Shown one piece after another: positions 48,023-57,334 of a stretch of DNA of 64,000 nt. The first letter of the stretch is position 1. Each line of letters begins with the position of its first letter. The DNA comes from a virus. Location of the stretch: the IMG/VR virus record IMGVR_UViG_3300037148_000025, positions 25,415 to 89,414 of that record. One strand, given 5' to 3'. Below the pieces are notes generated by a model. It did not search any database, had not been told where the DNA came from, and was given only the letters and a program-made list of their open reading frames with translations. The position numbers were made by a program, and so were the translations under genes.

Positions 48023-48162
48023 CCTCTCTCCTTTTTGATGATACGTAGACAGCAGGCCAGTACACTAATCGCCCACATATTAACCGTTGTACCAGCGTAG
48101 GTACGGTAGCACCTACCATGATGGGAGCGATCACGGTAGCACTTACGATTGAACCATGCCAT
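48019..48162 (-). CDS. Small ORF, 47 aa (not in ORF track)
   Basis: AAGGAGG RBS. MAWFNRKCYRDRSHHGRCYRTY..., with TGA overlapping the next ATG. Confidence 0.5.
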   Translation of the reverse strand: MAWFNRKCYRDRSHHGRCYRTYAGTTVNMWAISVLACCLRIIKKERG

Positions 48163-48190
48163 TATTGACCTCCTTAAACATTGCATTCGG

Positions 48191-48391
48191 TTAGATATAA
48201 AAAAGAACCGTTACCCCTTTGTCTGTGAGACGTACTTTCCCGCCAGATGCTCCAGCGTGCTTTTCCATTAGCTCATCAGGAATCATGTCGAGGAACGGCC
48301 AGACTTGATCAGATACTGGCGTCCATCCATCGGTGTCCGCGTCTCGGCTGCACAACTTCATAAGGTACTTCGCGTTAACGTCAAGAGCCAT
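48191..48391 (-). CDS. Hypothetical protein
   Basis: GGGAGG RBS. Confidence 0.6.
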   Translation of the reverse strand: MALDVNAKYLMKLCSRDADTDGWTPVSDQVWPFLDMIPDELMEKHAGASGGKVRLTDKGVTVLFYI

Positions 48392-48418
48392 GCGTTTCCT
48401 CCCTTCGCTGAATCTTCA

Positions 48419-48697
48419 TTAGTTTACCCCTCCTGCTGCTGCTGGATGAAACATAATAATAGCAGCCTCTGTCATCATATATCCATGGACTACACGTTCG
48501 CAGTCCTTAAATTCCTCTGATATATCAGTAAGAAAGCCCATCTCGACTATATCATCAAGGTCTGCCAATGCAGCGGAATTTTGACGCTTCGCTTCAGCGG
48601 GGTCGGACTCAAGGGGTTCTTGGATAAGAACGATTGGACTGCCAACCTCTATCATTTGCTGTAGAATATCAAACTGAATTCTGCTTAACTCTCTCAT
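48419..48697 (-). CDS. Hypothetical protein
   Basis: AAGGA RBS before MRELS. Confidence 0.55.
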   Translation of the reverse strand: MRELSRIQFDILQQMIEVGSPIVLIQEPLESDPAEAKRQNSAALADLDDIVEMGFLTDISEEFKDCERVVHGYMMTEAAIIMFHPAAAGGVN

Positions 48698-48777
48698 TTT
48701 GTTCCTTTCTTTGCATTGGTGTTTATTCTCTTGCATGATGTACTTCGGTTTGGTGCGATAGTGCACCTGTTAGGATG

Positions 48778-49017
48778 CTACCAAGAGAACGCTTTAGCTA
48801 TCCTACGGTTCTCTTTTGCTCTCTCCTTAAGAGTCTCTTGAACTCTTCGCCACGCTCCGAGCCATAATTCCGACTCCCGCAGCCTTGTTTTGTCCATGTC
48901 TACCAATTTGCGAGTAGACTCGTCACCTGCCCAAATGTATCCCCGCGTTGCAGTACCGATACCCCTTTGAGACCATGCGTTAGGGTACACTTGTAAGACT
49001 TTCTCTTTGCTTGTCAT
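48778..49017 (-). CDS. Hypothetical protein
   Basis: AGGAG RBS. Confidence 0.6.
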   Translation of the reverse strand: MTSKEKVLQVYPNAWSQRGIGTATRGYIWAGDESTRKLVDMDKTRLRESELWLGAWRRVQETLKERAKENRRIAKAFSW

Positions 49018-49029
49018 GGTTGTTAGCTC

Positions 49030-50679
49030 CTAATTCCCTTTCTTTGCTATAGCCGCTTTGATAAGACTGTCGGCTTTCCCTTTACTTAAATCATTCGGAA
49101 TTTGCTTCCCCTTGTAGAATTTCCTTACTGTCTTCATCTGTTTTGGAGTAGCCGGTTCATCTCTCCAGTATGCATCACGGACAACGAGTGTCAAAGACTC
49201 TGGTGAAATCTTTCTCACCAAATCATCTGCCGCAGAGAAGGCAGCGTCCATGCTGTCCCTCTCTCCTTTATATCTCTTACCTTTTATACTAGCACATAAT
49301 TCATATTTGTCAAGCAAATTCTGCGACATCCTGATAAAATCTTTGTTGGGCAGCATAAGAATGTATCCACCGCCAATGGACGGGTGCCAAACGAACTCGC
49401 TATTTGCCTCGACTTCGGGCAGGAATTTTACTTCAAACAGGTTAACTTCTTCAACAAAAGCATTGATCTTGTCAATGTCTTTTAGTGTTGTGAAGTCCAG
49501 ATTAGCAAATTCGGCCTGCTTCTCCTCAATAAGTTTACAGGAACCCACTAGAGAGCGCCCGTGCAGGTCTAGGTTTCTAGGCATCCCTAATAGAGTTGGA
49601 AGCGTAACTAGGTTATGTCGGTGTGTTGCATCCACTACATCAAGAACTATACAGTCCTTCTTTAATGGGCTAAGACGCGTCCCGCGCCCCACTCTTTGCG
49701 AGAATACTACTCCGCTCTTTGTAGGAGCAGCTAGAATTACACAGGAAATGGTGTCAAGGTCAAATCCCTCTACGAGCAACTGAGCGTTAAATAGAACCTG
49801 AATCTTGCCGTCTCTAAACTTTTGAATCTTGTCGTGCCTATCCGGGTCTGTTCCCCACACTGCTTCAGCGTTGATACCACTTGCTACAAAACATTCAGCA
49901 AGAACTTGAGAATGCTTAATATCTACTCCAAATCCTATTGCCTGCCGTCCATCGCAATGTTTCTTATAAGAATCAACTACTAGTTGGTTACGCGCAGGAG
50001 TGTTGACTGTATCAGCAAGTTCTTCTTGATTGAAGTCTCCCCCACTTGTACTAACTTCATCAAGGGATGTGTCTGTGTTTACTCGTAACCCTTTAATGTC
50101 TACTAGCCAGCCGTCTTCAATTGCCTGTCTTAGAGAATAGGTGTAGGAGATTGTTTGGTACAACGTACCAAGCGGCTGTCCGTCCCCTCTAAACGGAGTG
50201 GCAGTACACCCTAGTAACAAACGTTTGTCACCATCTTGTAGGAGGTTTGCGGCCTCATACACGTTCATGTAACTTTGAGCAATAGAGCGATGTGCTTCGT
50301 CTACCACCCACTTGTCGAAGTTTTGGAAGTTGAATCTCTTTATTCGCTCAGTATTCTTTCTTCCTAAGGTTTGCACACTTGCAATAATAACGTCTGCATC
50401 TGGGTCTGCGTATGACGTACCCGCTTCAATATGAATCTTTAAATGTGGGTTACGTTGTGTAATCTTTCTGTATGCTTGTTGCGCCAGTTCGTCCCTATGA
50501 AGTAACACAATTTGTTGCCCCGAAAGAATGTCTTTTACTTCTTCCGGAAGATGCGCGAAAACTTCCGTCTTTCCTGTGCCCGTCCCCATGCACAAAATCT
50601 GCCGGACTTTACCAGCAGAGTAGTGTTCACGAATTTTCGCAATCGCTTCTTTTTGATACGGTCTTAGCATGGCTTCCAA
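49030..50679 (-). CDS. SF2 DEAD/DEAH-type helicase (Irc3/YejH-like)
   Basis: LRPYQ, GTGKT, DEAH, TATP.R.D, EGFD, QRVGRGTR and C-terminal AT.KQ. Confidence 0.93.
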   Translation of the reverse strand: MEAMLRPYQKEAIAKIREHYSAGKVRQILCMGTGTGKTEVFAHLPEEVKDILSGQQIVLLHRDELAQQAYRKITQRNPHLKIHIEAGTSYADPDADVIIASVQTLGRKNTERIKRFNFQNFDKWVVDEAHRSIAQSYMNVYEAANLLQDGDKRLLLGCTATPFRGDGQPLGTLYQTISYTYSLRQAIEDGWLVDIKGLRVNTDTSLDEVSTSGGDFNQEELADTVNTPARNQLVVDSYKKHCDGRQAIGFGVDIKHSQVLAECFVASGINAEAVWGTDPDRHDKIQKFRDGKIQVLFNAQLLVEGFDLDTISCVILAAPTKSGVVFSQRVGRGTRLSPLKKDCIVLDVVDATHRHNLVTLPTLLGMPRNLDLHGRSLVGSCKLIEEKQAEFANLDFTTLKDIDKINAFVEEVNLFEVKFLPEVEANSEFVWHPSIGGGYILMLPNKDFIRMSQNLLDKYELCASIKGKRYKGERDSMDAAFSAADDLVRKISPESLTLVVRDAYWRDEPATPKQMKTVRKFYKGKQIPNDLSKGKADSLIKAAIAKKGN

Positions 50680-50921
50680 TTTTTCACTCTGGTAAACCTT
50701 ACTCGTAGATTGTTTTCCAGAATTCCTTCTACTGTTATTAATAGTTTATGGTCATGCACTGCCCTATGACAACATGCGCAAAGTGTCAGCAAATTGCTCA
50801 ATTCATCCTTACCTCCTTGCGATCTATATATCACATGATGAGGATGAACTCCATTCCGACCATTGCAGTGACGGCATTTGTGCCCATCACGCTTAAAACA
50901 GGATAGGTATATAGGCAGCAT
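50664..50921 (-). CDS. HNH endonuclease
   Basis: RD...C..C...HH..YRSQGG.D..SNL.TLC..CH...H. Confidence 0.9.
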   Translation of the reverse strand: MLPIYLSCFKRDGHKCRHCNGRNGVHPHHVIYRSQGGKDELSNLLTLCACCHRAVHDHKLLITVEGILENNLRVRFTRVKNWKPC

Positions 50922-50944
50922 AGATGTTCCAGAAGTAATGCAAA

Positions 50945-51661
50945 TTAAGAATCAGTCGTAGCATTTTCCTCCTCTACTTTTTCGTCTCCGGGTTCCTCGG
51001 CACTGGTCAGATACTCTATTGCTATTACCTCCAAGGCCGATCCATCGCTGGCATCTTGGCTAATACCTTCTGCATCCTTGCTTACTGATCCAATGTGCTT
51101 TTTGGCGAGGTCAAGAGCCGGACGTACTACATTTTCTAATACCGACTGCTTGACTGAGAAATGTAGAAACACCAAATTGTTCTCACCTACCAGCCCTTTA
51201 AGTGTACGGACGTGTTGCTGAATCTCCTCGAAGGTCAGTCCTTGACCTTTTTCTATAAACCCTATGACAAAAGACTTAATAGGAACTACTTCCTTTGTTT
51301 CCGGGTTGACCCACTCATCGTTGATATTCAAACTACAAATCTCTCGCAGCTTTGCTACTCCCAGAGGTTCGTACTTCTCTCTGTTGAACCCTAGAGCGTC
51401 CATAACTTCGTTCATGCGGGTAAGGTATTGAGCCTTACGGGGCTTGATTTCTAGTGTCTGAATAAATGCATTAAACGTCTCGTAGCCTTCATAGTACCCG
51501 TTCTTCTTAACTGAGTATAACAGGTCAGCGATGTCAAATGCACTTGTGTTAACCTTCTTTATCAATTGTTCGAGTTGCTTTCTTACTTTTGCCGATTCTC
51601 CTGCTACTTTCTGTCCTACTATAGCCGTAGGATCGGTAACCTCTTCTGTAATAATATCCAT
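50945..51661 (-). CDS. Hypothetical protein
   Basis: 238 aa, AGGAG RBS. Confidence 0.7.
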   Translation of the reverse strand: MDIITEEVTDPTAIVGQKVAGESAKVRKQLEQLIKKVNTSAFDIADLLYSVKKNGYYEGYETFNAFIQTLEIKPRKAQYLTRMNEVMDALGFNREKYEPLGVAKLREICSLNINDEWVNPETKEVVPIKSFVIGFIEKGQGLTFEEIQQHVRTLKGLVGENNLVFLHFSVKQSVLENVVRPALDLAKKHIGSVSKDAEGISQDASDGSALEVIAIEYLTSAEEPGDEKVEEENATTDS

Positions 51662-51679
51662 GCTTCTCCTGTTAATATC

Positions 51680-51907
51680 TTAATTAGAAATCGTAATTGC
51701 CATTTCTTTCGGTGCTAGATACAGATCATTAGTGTGACTGTAAGTAGTTGAAACATAGTTGTTATTAAATACAAGAACTGTTCCGTTCAGTTTGGTAAAT
51801 AACAATCCCTTACTTCCCATGGATGTACTTGCATAAACTTTTCCTTCTTCCATATCTTCTACGCTAAGCATTTTTAACTTTTGTGTAACGTTTCCTACTG
51901 TTATCAT
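51680..51907 (-). CDS. Hypothetical protein
   Basis: AGGAGGAG RBS. Confidence 0.6.
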   Translation of the reverse strand: MITVGNVTQKLKMLSVEDMEEGKVYASTSMGSKGLLFTKLNGTVLVFNNNYVSTTYSHTNDLYLAPKEMAITISN

Positions 51908-51940
51908 TGCTCCTCCTTTCTTCTTAATTAGATTATCCTT

Positions 51941-52342
51941 TTAGAATCCGCTATCTCTCATAGCTTTCAAAAACCTATTTATGCTGTCATAGTGGTACAC
52001 ATTTTTCAAATAATGAAAAACATTTTCTTTTGGTCCGACTGTATAAATTGGTTTTCCTTTGGCAAGGGCATACCCAAACTCAACATGCCGCCCGCCCCGC
52101 ACAGTTCCCACAAGAGGGTCTTCTGAAAAGAACACCATGATGTCTGCCGCATCTATGTCCTCTAAGTCAATACGAGCAGTGGTCTTATAAAACTTCTTAG
52201 AGTGCTGTCCCATTTGACTATTTAGCGGCTCATTTTCATCTAGCCATCTAGATGTAATAACTATCCCTGCTTCTTCAAGGTGTTCTTTGAAAATACGAAG
52301 TTCATCCCGTCTTTTATACATTGCCGCAAGATAAGCTTTCAT
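51941..52342 (-). CDS. Nucleoside 2-deoxyribosyltransferase-like protein
   Basis: YLAA, DLEDI..AD, GG..VEFGYALA.GKP and N(V)FH. Confidence 0.8.
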   Translation of the reverse strand: MKAYLAAMYKRRDELRIFKEHLEEAGIVITSRWLDENEPLNSQMGQHSKKFYKTTARIDLEDIDAADIMVFFSEDPLVGTVRGGRHVEFGYALAKGKPIYTVGPKENVFHYLKNVYHYDSINRFLKAMRDSGF

Positions 52343-53382
52343 TTTCCCCTCAAGTTTCCTACTACTCTCCAGATTGCGTCTTGATGTTTTCCAGAAATTC
52401 CTGTGTCCATCATGGCAAAACAAACTGGAGCGTATACCTTGTTCTCAGGCAGGTTAAAAAACTCTGCAAACTCTTTTCGTAGAGTAAATTCTACCAATGC
52501 TCGTTTAACAAGTTCTGCTGAATGCTTCCTTACTGCCTCATACATATCATCTATAACCGGAAGATTTAGCTTCGCCAGTTCAATATCCTCATAGAACTTT
52601 TTACGAGTTGTAAGGAAACTGGGATGCTTAATCTTCAACTTCAGCGGAGCGTGCACCGGTATAGCATACGTGGCTACATAACCCTCATGTCCAGGTCTGT
52701 CTATCTCTATTGCATCTTTTAAAGGAATACAATACCTTGCTGTGACAGAAATACCATTAAGTAGAGCATAGTCTAACATATCCTTATAGTTAAGTTCCTC
52801 CCCAGTTTCTTTGTTTATCAAAGCAAGAAGTACCAAACCATCTGCCGGATAGGTGATACAGTGCGGTTGAATGTCTTGACAAATCATTTCAAATATGGGT
52901 GTATAACCTATGGGCCATACAAAATTACTAGGTCTGTTAATTATTCCATAAGAAAGATTACCTTGAAACCATTCTTTTGCCCACTTTGCATGTACAGAAC
53001 TGAAGGAACCTTTGCTGGCAATTCCCCACTCTCCTTTATAGTTCCAGAAGATTCCCAGATTACCGTTGATCTTCTCTGTGATAGTAGGGGGGCCGTAAAG
53101 CTTCTCAATAGATTCGACATTGCGTCCGTAGGTTTCTTCCTGTCCTTCTGTTTCATAGGCGAAAAACTTCTCAAATGGGCGAGCTATGATCTTGTCGGTG
53201 TCATTCTCCACAATCAATCCACGACACTTCTTGGTAACAGAGTCCCATATATTATCGTAGACTGCCCTACGTCCATAGCAGTAAAGAGATAGGGGCAAAT
53301 CAGGATGCTTGTTCCTCATCACAAGCCCTAGCTTGAGATAATTAGCGAGTTTGTCGGTATCCAAGTAGTCTGATAGATTCAT
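52339..53382 (-). CDS. RNA ligase, T4 Rnl1-like
   Basis: CRGLI..ARPF.KFF, EKINGNLG, SKGSF.S, FE, EGYV and KIK. Confidence 0.88.
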   Translation of the reverse strand: MNLSDYLDTDKLANYLKLGLVMRNKHPDLPLSLYCYGRRAVYDNIWDSVTKKCRGLIVENDTDKIIARPFEKFFAYETEGQEETYGRNVESIEKLYGPPTITEKINGNLGIFWNYKGEWGIASKGSFSSVHAKWAKEWFQGNLSYGIINRPSNFVWPIGYTPIFEMICQDIQPHCITYPADGLVLLALINKETGEELNYKDMLDYALLNGISVTARYCIPLKDAIEIDRPGHEGYVATYAIPVHAPLKLKIKHPSFLTTRKKFYEDIELAKLNLPVIDDMYEAVRKHSAELVKRALVEFTLRKEFAEFFNLPENKVYAPVCFAMMDTGISGKHQDAIWRVVGNLRGK

Positions 53383-53392
53383 TGTCTCTCCA

Positions 53393-53803
53393 TTACGAGC
53401 TAAACTTACCATCCGGCTTAACCGGTGGGTTATCTTCTGCTCGACACTTTGCTTTGTCATCTACGAGTAGTTTTGCCAAATCTACAACACCAAAACTTAT
53501 CTCTATGTCGCGTGTCGTGTTAGCATCTGAAGGCATACTCACATACACATGAGAAAATTTTACTAAATCTTCTTTAAGTGCGTCTGAAATTGTATCTATT
53601 GATGGATCATGGCAGTCCATCCTAGAGTAGACTGCCATTACACTATTCAGTGTATCAAGAGATTGATCGAATTCCTGTTGATATGTTAGCGGTTGAGCCT
53701 TCGGCGGAGCCGTCTTAAGCGGAACCGTATTAGGGTTTCTAGCATCTGCAACGTGTGTTGCACAGAGTAATCCTAAAACAACTATGCCGATAAGTGTTTT
53801 CAA
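53393..53803 (-). CDS. Exported hypothetical protein
   Basis: N-terminal signal peptide. Confidence 0.6.
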   Translation of the reverse strand: MKTLIGIVVLGLLCATHVADARNPNTVPLKTAPPKAQPLTYQQEFDQSLDTLNSVMAVYSRMDCHDPSIDTISDALKEDLVKFSHVYVSMPSDANTTRDIEISFGVVDLAKLLVDDKAKCRAEDNPPVKPDGKFSS

Positions 53804-54660
53804 AATGGTATATCCTCCTCAAGTTCTTTCTCATAAACCGCATCTACAGGAGTAGCATTAACTGTGTTAACTGGCGGTGCCGATTCAATCATGGCAGGCG
53901 CTGTCCTTGTCTTGCTAGCGATAAACTGCAAGTAAATCTCGCCAAATGCCTGACGTTCATCATCTGTCACTCCCTTGAAGTCAGAGAAGGTAGGTATATA
54001 ATACGCATACTTTCCTTTCTGTACAAGTTTTGTAGACAACTTAAAACGAATGTCAAAGATGTTTGAATTTTGTCCTTGAGCATTGCGCATAGCTAGAGTA
54101 CGTGCAAGATTCTGCATTCCTGCTTCAAACGGAGCCTTGGCATCGGAACGAATAAACATGCGCAGCGGCAAACGGTAAACAGTGTCCAATAACACTGCAT
54201 AGTAAGAAGACTCACATTGCGGAATCAGACTCTTATTAGTCTGACCGTTGTGTGCGTCCTTGTATTCACGCCATGCTGTCCAATCTTGCCGTGGGCAGTT
54301 AGCGCAGTGTACAGCTTGAGGAACCTTAGCTTTGGCATCGGGTACGATCAAGTCGCGGCTGAAGCACATGAGGTTCTCCAAAGTCCTGTTCATCTCACCC
54401 GCACTTCCTATGTAATACTGACGCTGTTCCGTGGGCATCACAAGAAGAGTTACGAACATCTCTGTAAACTGATCTCCAGTTTCAATGATGCGGAGATTGC
54501 CCTTGATTGCATCGGCTACTTGACTGCTCGGTTGAACAATTGATATAGTCGCTGGCTTCAAAGAAAACAATTTGCTAGAAAAATCGATTCCAAGACCTCC
54601 CGGTTGGATTGCGCTTGGTTCGTTGTTTAATACTGTAAGTGCTGTTGCGTCTGTGCTCAT
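53800..54660 (-). CDS. Putative ssDNA-binding/annealing protein
   Basis: C.S.D...P...C..CP...W...C motif and acidic EEDIPF tail. Next to the exonuclease. Confidence 0.6.
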   Translation of the reverse strand: MSTDATALTVLNNEPSAIQPGGLGIDFSSKLFSLKPATISIVQPSSQVADAIKGNLRIIETGDQFTEMFVTLLVMPTEQRQYYIGSAGEMNRTLENLMCFSRDLIVPDAKAKVPQAVHCANCPRQDWTAWREYKDAHNGQTNKSLIPQCESSYYAVLLDTVYRLPLRMFIRSDAKAPFEAGMQNLARTLAMRNAQGQNSNIFDIRFKLSTKLVQKGKYAYYIPTFSDFKGVTDDERQAFGEIYLQFIASKTRTAPAMIESAPPVNTVNATPVDAVYEKELEEDIPF

Positions 54661-54778
54661 TCTTCTCCTTTATGTTACTTCTGCATAATACTTTACTGAC
54701 ATTTGATCCCGCTCCGGGGCAGGAAGTCAACCACCCTAACCTTCCTGCCCCCGCTTGTTAATCTTGATCTACTGGTAC

Positions 54779-54807
54779 AGTATACCATACTCCTCAATTT
54801 TTGTCAA
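54779..54807 (-). promoter_or_regulatory. Sigma70-type early promoter
   Basis: TTGACA-N17-TATACT, with TGG upstream and GTAC downstream of -10. Confidence 0.8.
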
Positions 54808-55090
54808 GCACTTTCTTCTCAGGTTCTGTTAAACGTTTACGAATAAGTTCCTCAACTTCAAACGCAGAACAGCATTTAACACCCCATCCGTCTATATGAT
54901 TGGGCATTTCTGTAAGTTTTATCGAGGCAACTAGCCTTTTGATTTTCTCATTTGCTTCAGCAAGTTTCTTCTCAAAATAAAACACTTCAAAATCCTCGTC
55001 GGATGTTCCTATAAGCCGCGCTTCTTCGTCTCGCTTTGCTACTTCCATCTGCAACTCTTCAATTGACATAGTTTTTCTCCAATCTTCCAA
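54794..55090 (-). CDS. Hypothetical protein
   Basis: ORF between two promoters. Confidence 0.5.
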   Translation of the reverse strand: MEDWRKTMSIEELQMEVAKRDEEARLIGTSDEDFEVFYFEKKLAEANEKIKRLVASIKLTEMPNHIDGWGVKCCSAFEVEELIRKRLTEPEKKVLDKN

Positions 55091-55099
55091 TCCGAGTAC

Positions 55100-55128
55100 A
55101 GTATACCAAGTACCAAGACATTTGTCAA
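55100..55128 (-). promoter_or_regulatory. Sigma70-type early promoter
   Basis: TTGACA-N17-TATACT(GTAC). Confidence 0.8.
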
Positions 55129-55135
55129 GACTTAT

Positions 55136-56338
55136 TTATCGATCTAACAAGAAATTTAGCCCTTTTATCAACTCCGGCGATACTCCGGCTGATTTCTTCT
55201 CCAGCTTGGCAAGCTTCTTTGAAAACTTTTTGTCTACTATCTCTTGCAGTTTCTTAGACTTCTCTTCTTGAACCTGTCCATATTTCTTCGTGCAGAACTC
55301 GCACCCGGCTCCTCCGTTGCATGTGGGCTTCCGTGTGCCCTTATATCGGTCAGAAGCCTTGCATTTGACAGATTCCGCCACGGCACGAGCCTTTTTCTTA
55401 GCGGCTCTCTTCTCTCCACGAACCATATCCTTGAACTCTTTTGTACGATTTTCAACTACATCTACTGCCCGTCTCAGTTTGAGGCAGCAAAGGAATGCCT
55501 TCCAGTCATCCTTGTATGTTTCCGGTCCTAAATGCCACGCCTCAAACTGTGCATCATCCTTCCCCAGTCTGACTACCCACCTGTCCTTAACGTGCTCTCC
55601 TGTCTCCTCTTCATAAGCCTCCTCGTATGCTGCCGTCTGGAACAGGAACTCAACGTAAAGATAGTTGCTCGTCTTCCAGTCGATAAGGGTTAGATGATTC
55701 TTGTACTTATGCTTGCAGCAAAGTGGATCGTTGCATGAGTCGGTGAGACACATACCATCCATTGTTCCCGCAAACTTGTGCTTACGGCTGTATACTTTAC
55801 GCTCAGTGCTGAGCCAGCGAACATTGTGTTTAACCATCCAGTCCAGTGCTGCTAGACAAGCATTCTTGGCTCTCTCGTCTATTGGCATGTTCTCTGTTAT
55901 TTGTGTGAGTAATGGTTCATCTTTTTCTAACGTTGCTTTAATATAGCTTTCAATCCAGTTGTGTGCAATGTGCCCAATTGCACCTGCCTCTTCCAGCTTC
56001 TCTTTGTGGGCAGTCTTTGCTTCCTCAATGATCTTCCTAATATCTTCTACAGGAATAGTAATATCAGTTGAGTCCACATGAATGTATGGTTCTAATTTGT
56101 TATTAATCTTTTGGGACATCATCTTACAGGCCCAAGGAATTAGCACAATTGACTTGTCAACAATGTGACAAATCGACGTTACTCCGTTCTGTACTTCTAA
56201 GCCATCTGGTGTTACTAACAAGTAAACATGGTCAGCGGGATCATAGCGAAGTGTGACCCGTCCTTCATAGAACATATACTCCTCTGTAATCCCACCGAAT
56301 TTTTGTATGAATTCTTCTACTTGTGCTTCTTCACTCAT
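55136..56338 (-). CDS. PD-(D/E)XK exonuclease (Cas4-like/RecE-type)
   Basis: GVTSI, G..AH.WIE, E.KVYS...FAGT.D, IDWKTS and Q.AAY. Confidence 0.85.
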   Translation of the reverse strand: MSEEAQVEEFIQKFGGITEEYMFYEGRVTLRYDPADHVYLLVTPDGLEVQNGVTSICHIVDKSIVLIPWACKMMSQKINNKLEPYIHVDSTDITIPVEDIRKIIEEAKTAHKEKLEEAGAIGHIAHNWIESYIKATLEKDEPLLTQITENMPIDERAKNACLAALDWMVKHNVRWLSTERKVYSRKHKFAGTMDGMCLTDSCNDPLCCKHKYKNHLTLIDWKTSNYLYVEFLFQTAAYEEAYEEETGEHVKDRWVVRLGKDDAQFEAWHLGPETYKDDWKAFLCCLKLRRAVDVVENRTKEFKDMVRGEKRAAKKKARAVAESVKCKASDRYKGTRKPTCNGGAGCEFCTKKYGQVQEEKSKKLQEIVDKKFSKKLAKLEKKSAGVSPELIKGLNFLLDR

Positions 56339-56355
56339 AATTTCCTCAGCTTCGT

Positions 56356-56541
56356 TTATTGATCCATCGGCTTTACATCACCAATCGGAATGTTGATGTG
56401 CTTCGTTGCATCCAAGAATGGGAGGATACGAGCCAGCCCTTTCTTAACTTCTGAAAGAATACCTAGCCTCCATCCATTCCTATAGTAGTAAACGTAACCG
56501 TTAAGTACCAAGCCTTCTGGCAGAGGGTCTTTACTCTTCAT
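56356..56541 (-). CDS. Small hypothetical protein
   Basis: Coupled ORF. Confidence 0.5.
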   Translation of the reverse strand: MKSKDPLPEGLVLNGYVYYYRNGWRLGILSEVKKGLARILPFLDATKHINIPIGDVKPMDQ

Positions 56542-56849
56542 TCGGTTACCTCTTCTAGAGGCAGTGTCTCTTGGATGCGTCTGCTCAGCCTTACACCATC
56601 CTCGAATACTCGTTCGGCACGCTTAAATCCCCTTATCCAAAAACTTCTCCACGGCTGTTGTGGGTAAGGATTGTTGTAGAACTTTACGTCGATCTTGAAA
56701 GCGTTCTCTCCACTCTTAGTGATATTCGCCTCGGTGTAGTGCGGGTAGGGAGGAACGGGACGCTGTACTTTCATGCTGCGAAATGGATTGTTAGCCGGTT
56801 TGTCAAACGGTTTATACTTTTTCATATGAACCCTTTCTTGGTTCTTCAT
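56538..56849 (-). CDS. Hypothetical protein
   Basis: G..AF...NPY....W..GF motif. Confidence 0.55.
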   Translation of the reverse strand: MKNQERVHMKKYKPFDKPANNPFRSMKVQRPVPPYPHYTEANITKSGENAFKIDVKFYNNPYPQQPWRSFWIRGFKRAERVFEDGVRLSRRIQETLPLEEVTE

Positions 56850-56866
56850 ACATTGTACTACGGTTG

Positions 56867-57334
56867 TTAGTTAAAGTCAAGAATCTCAAGCATGCTGCCA
56901 GCGCCAGAGGTTGTCAGCTTGTTATCTAAACTATTCGACAATTCGTTTACCTGCAAGACTCCTATACAACGGGCATCTGGAGCAAACTTATGAATAGCTT
57001 TCTGTATGTTCGTTGCCGTCTCTCCGCTCGATATAAGGTCATCCACTATAACATACTTCTTACATGCTCTGTTTCCTTCTACCCTATGAGAAGAGTGGCA
57101 ATTTCGTGTAGACTTTCTCACCATAATCAAGGGCTTATTGATCCGACTGGCAATCGCTGGAGCAATTAGTGCTCCCGACATCCCAGTAAATGCTATGCTG
57201 TCGAATTCTTTTGCATACTTTTTTAAAACTTTTGCCGCCAAGACATATCTATTTTTAGCTGCAACTGGATCGAGATAATACTTCAGGTAGTCACAAGTTT
57301 GGTACTCGGGAACATGTTTTGTAGTCTTTTTCAT
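56867..57334 (-). CDS. Type I phosphoribosyltransferase
   Basis: VRK loop and PRPP-binding VIVDDLISSGET. Confidence 0.9.
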   Translation of the reverse strand: MKKTTKHVPEYQTCDYLKYYLDPVAAKNRYVLAAKVLKKYAKEFDSIAFTGMSGALIAPAIASRINKPLIMVRKSTRNCHSSHRVEGNRACKKYVIVDDLISSGETATNIQKAIHKFAPDARCIGVLQVNELSNSLDNKLTTSGAGSMLEILDFN

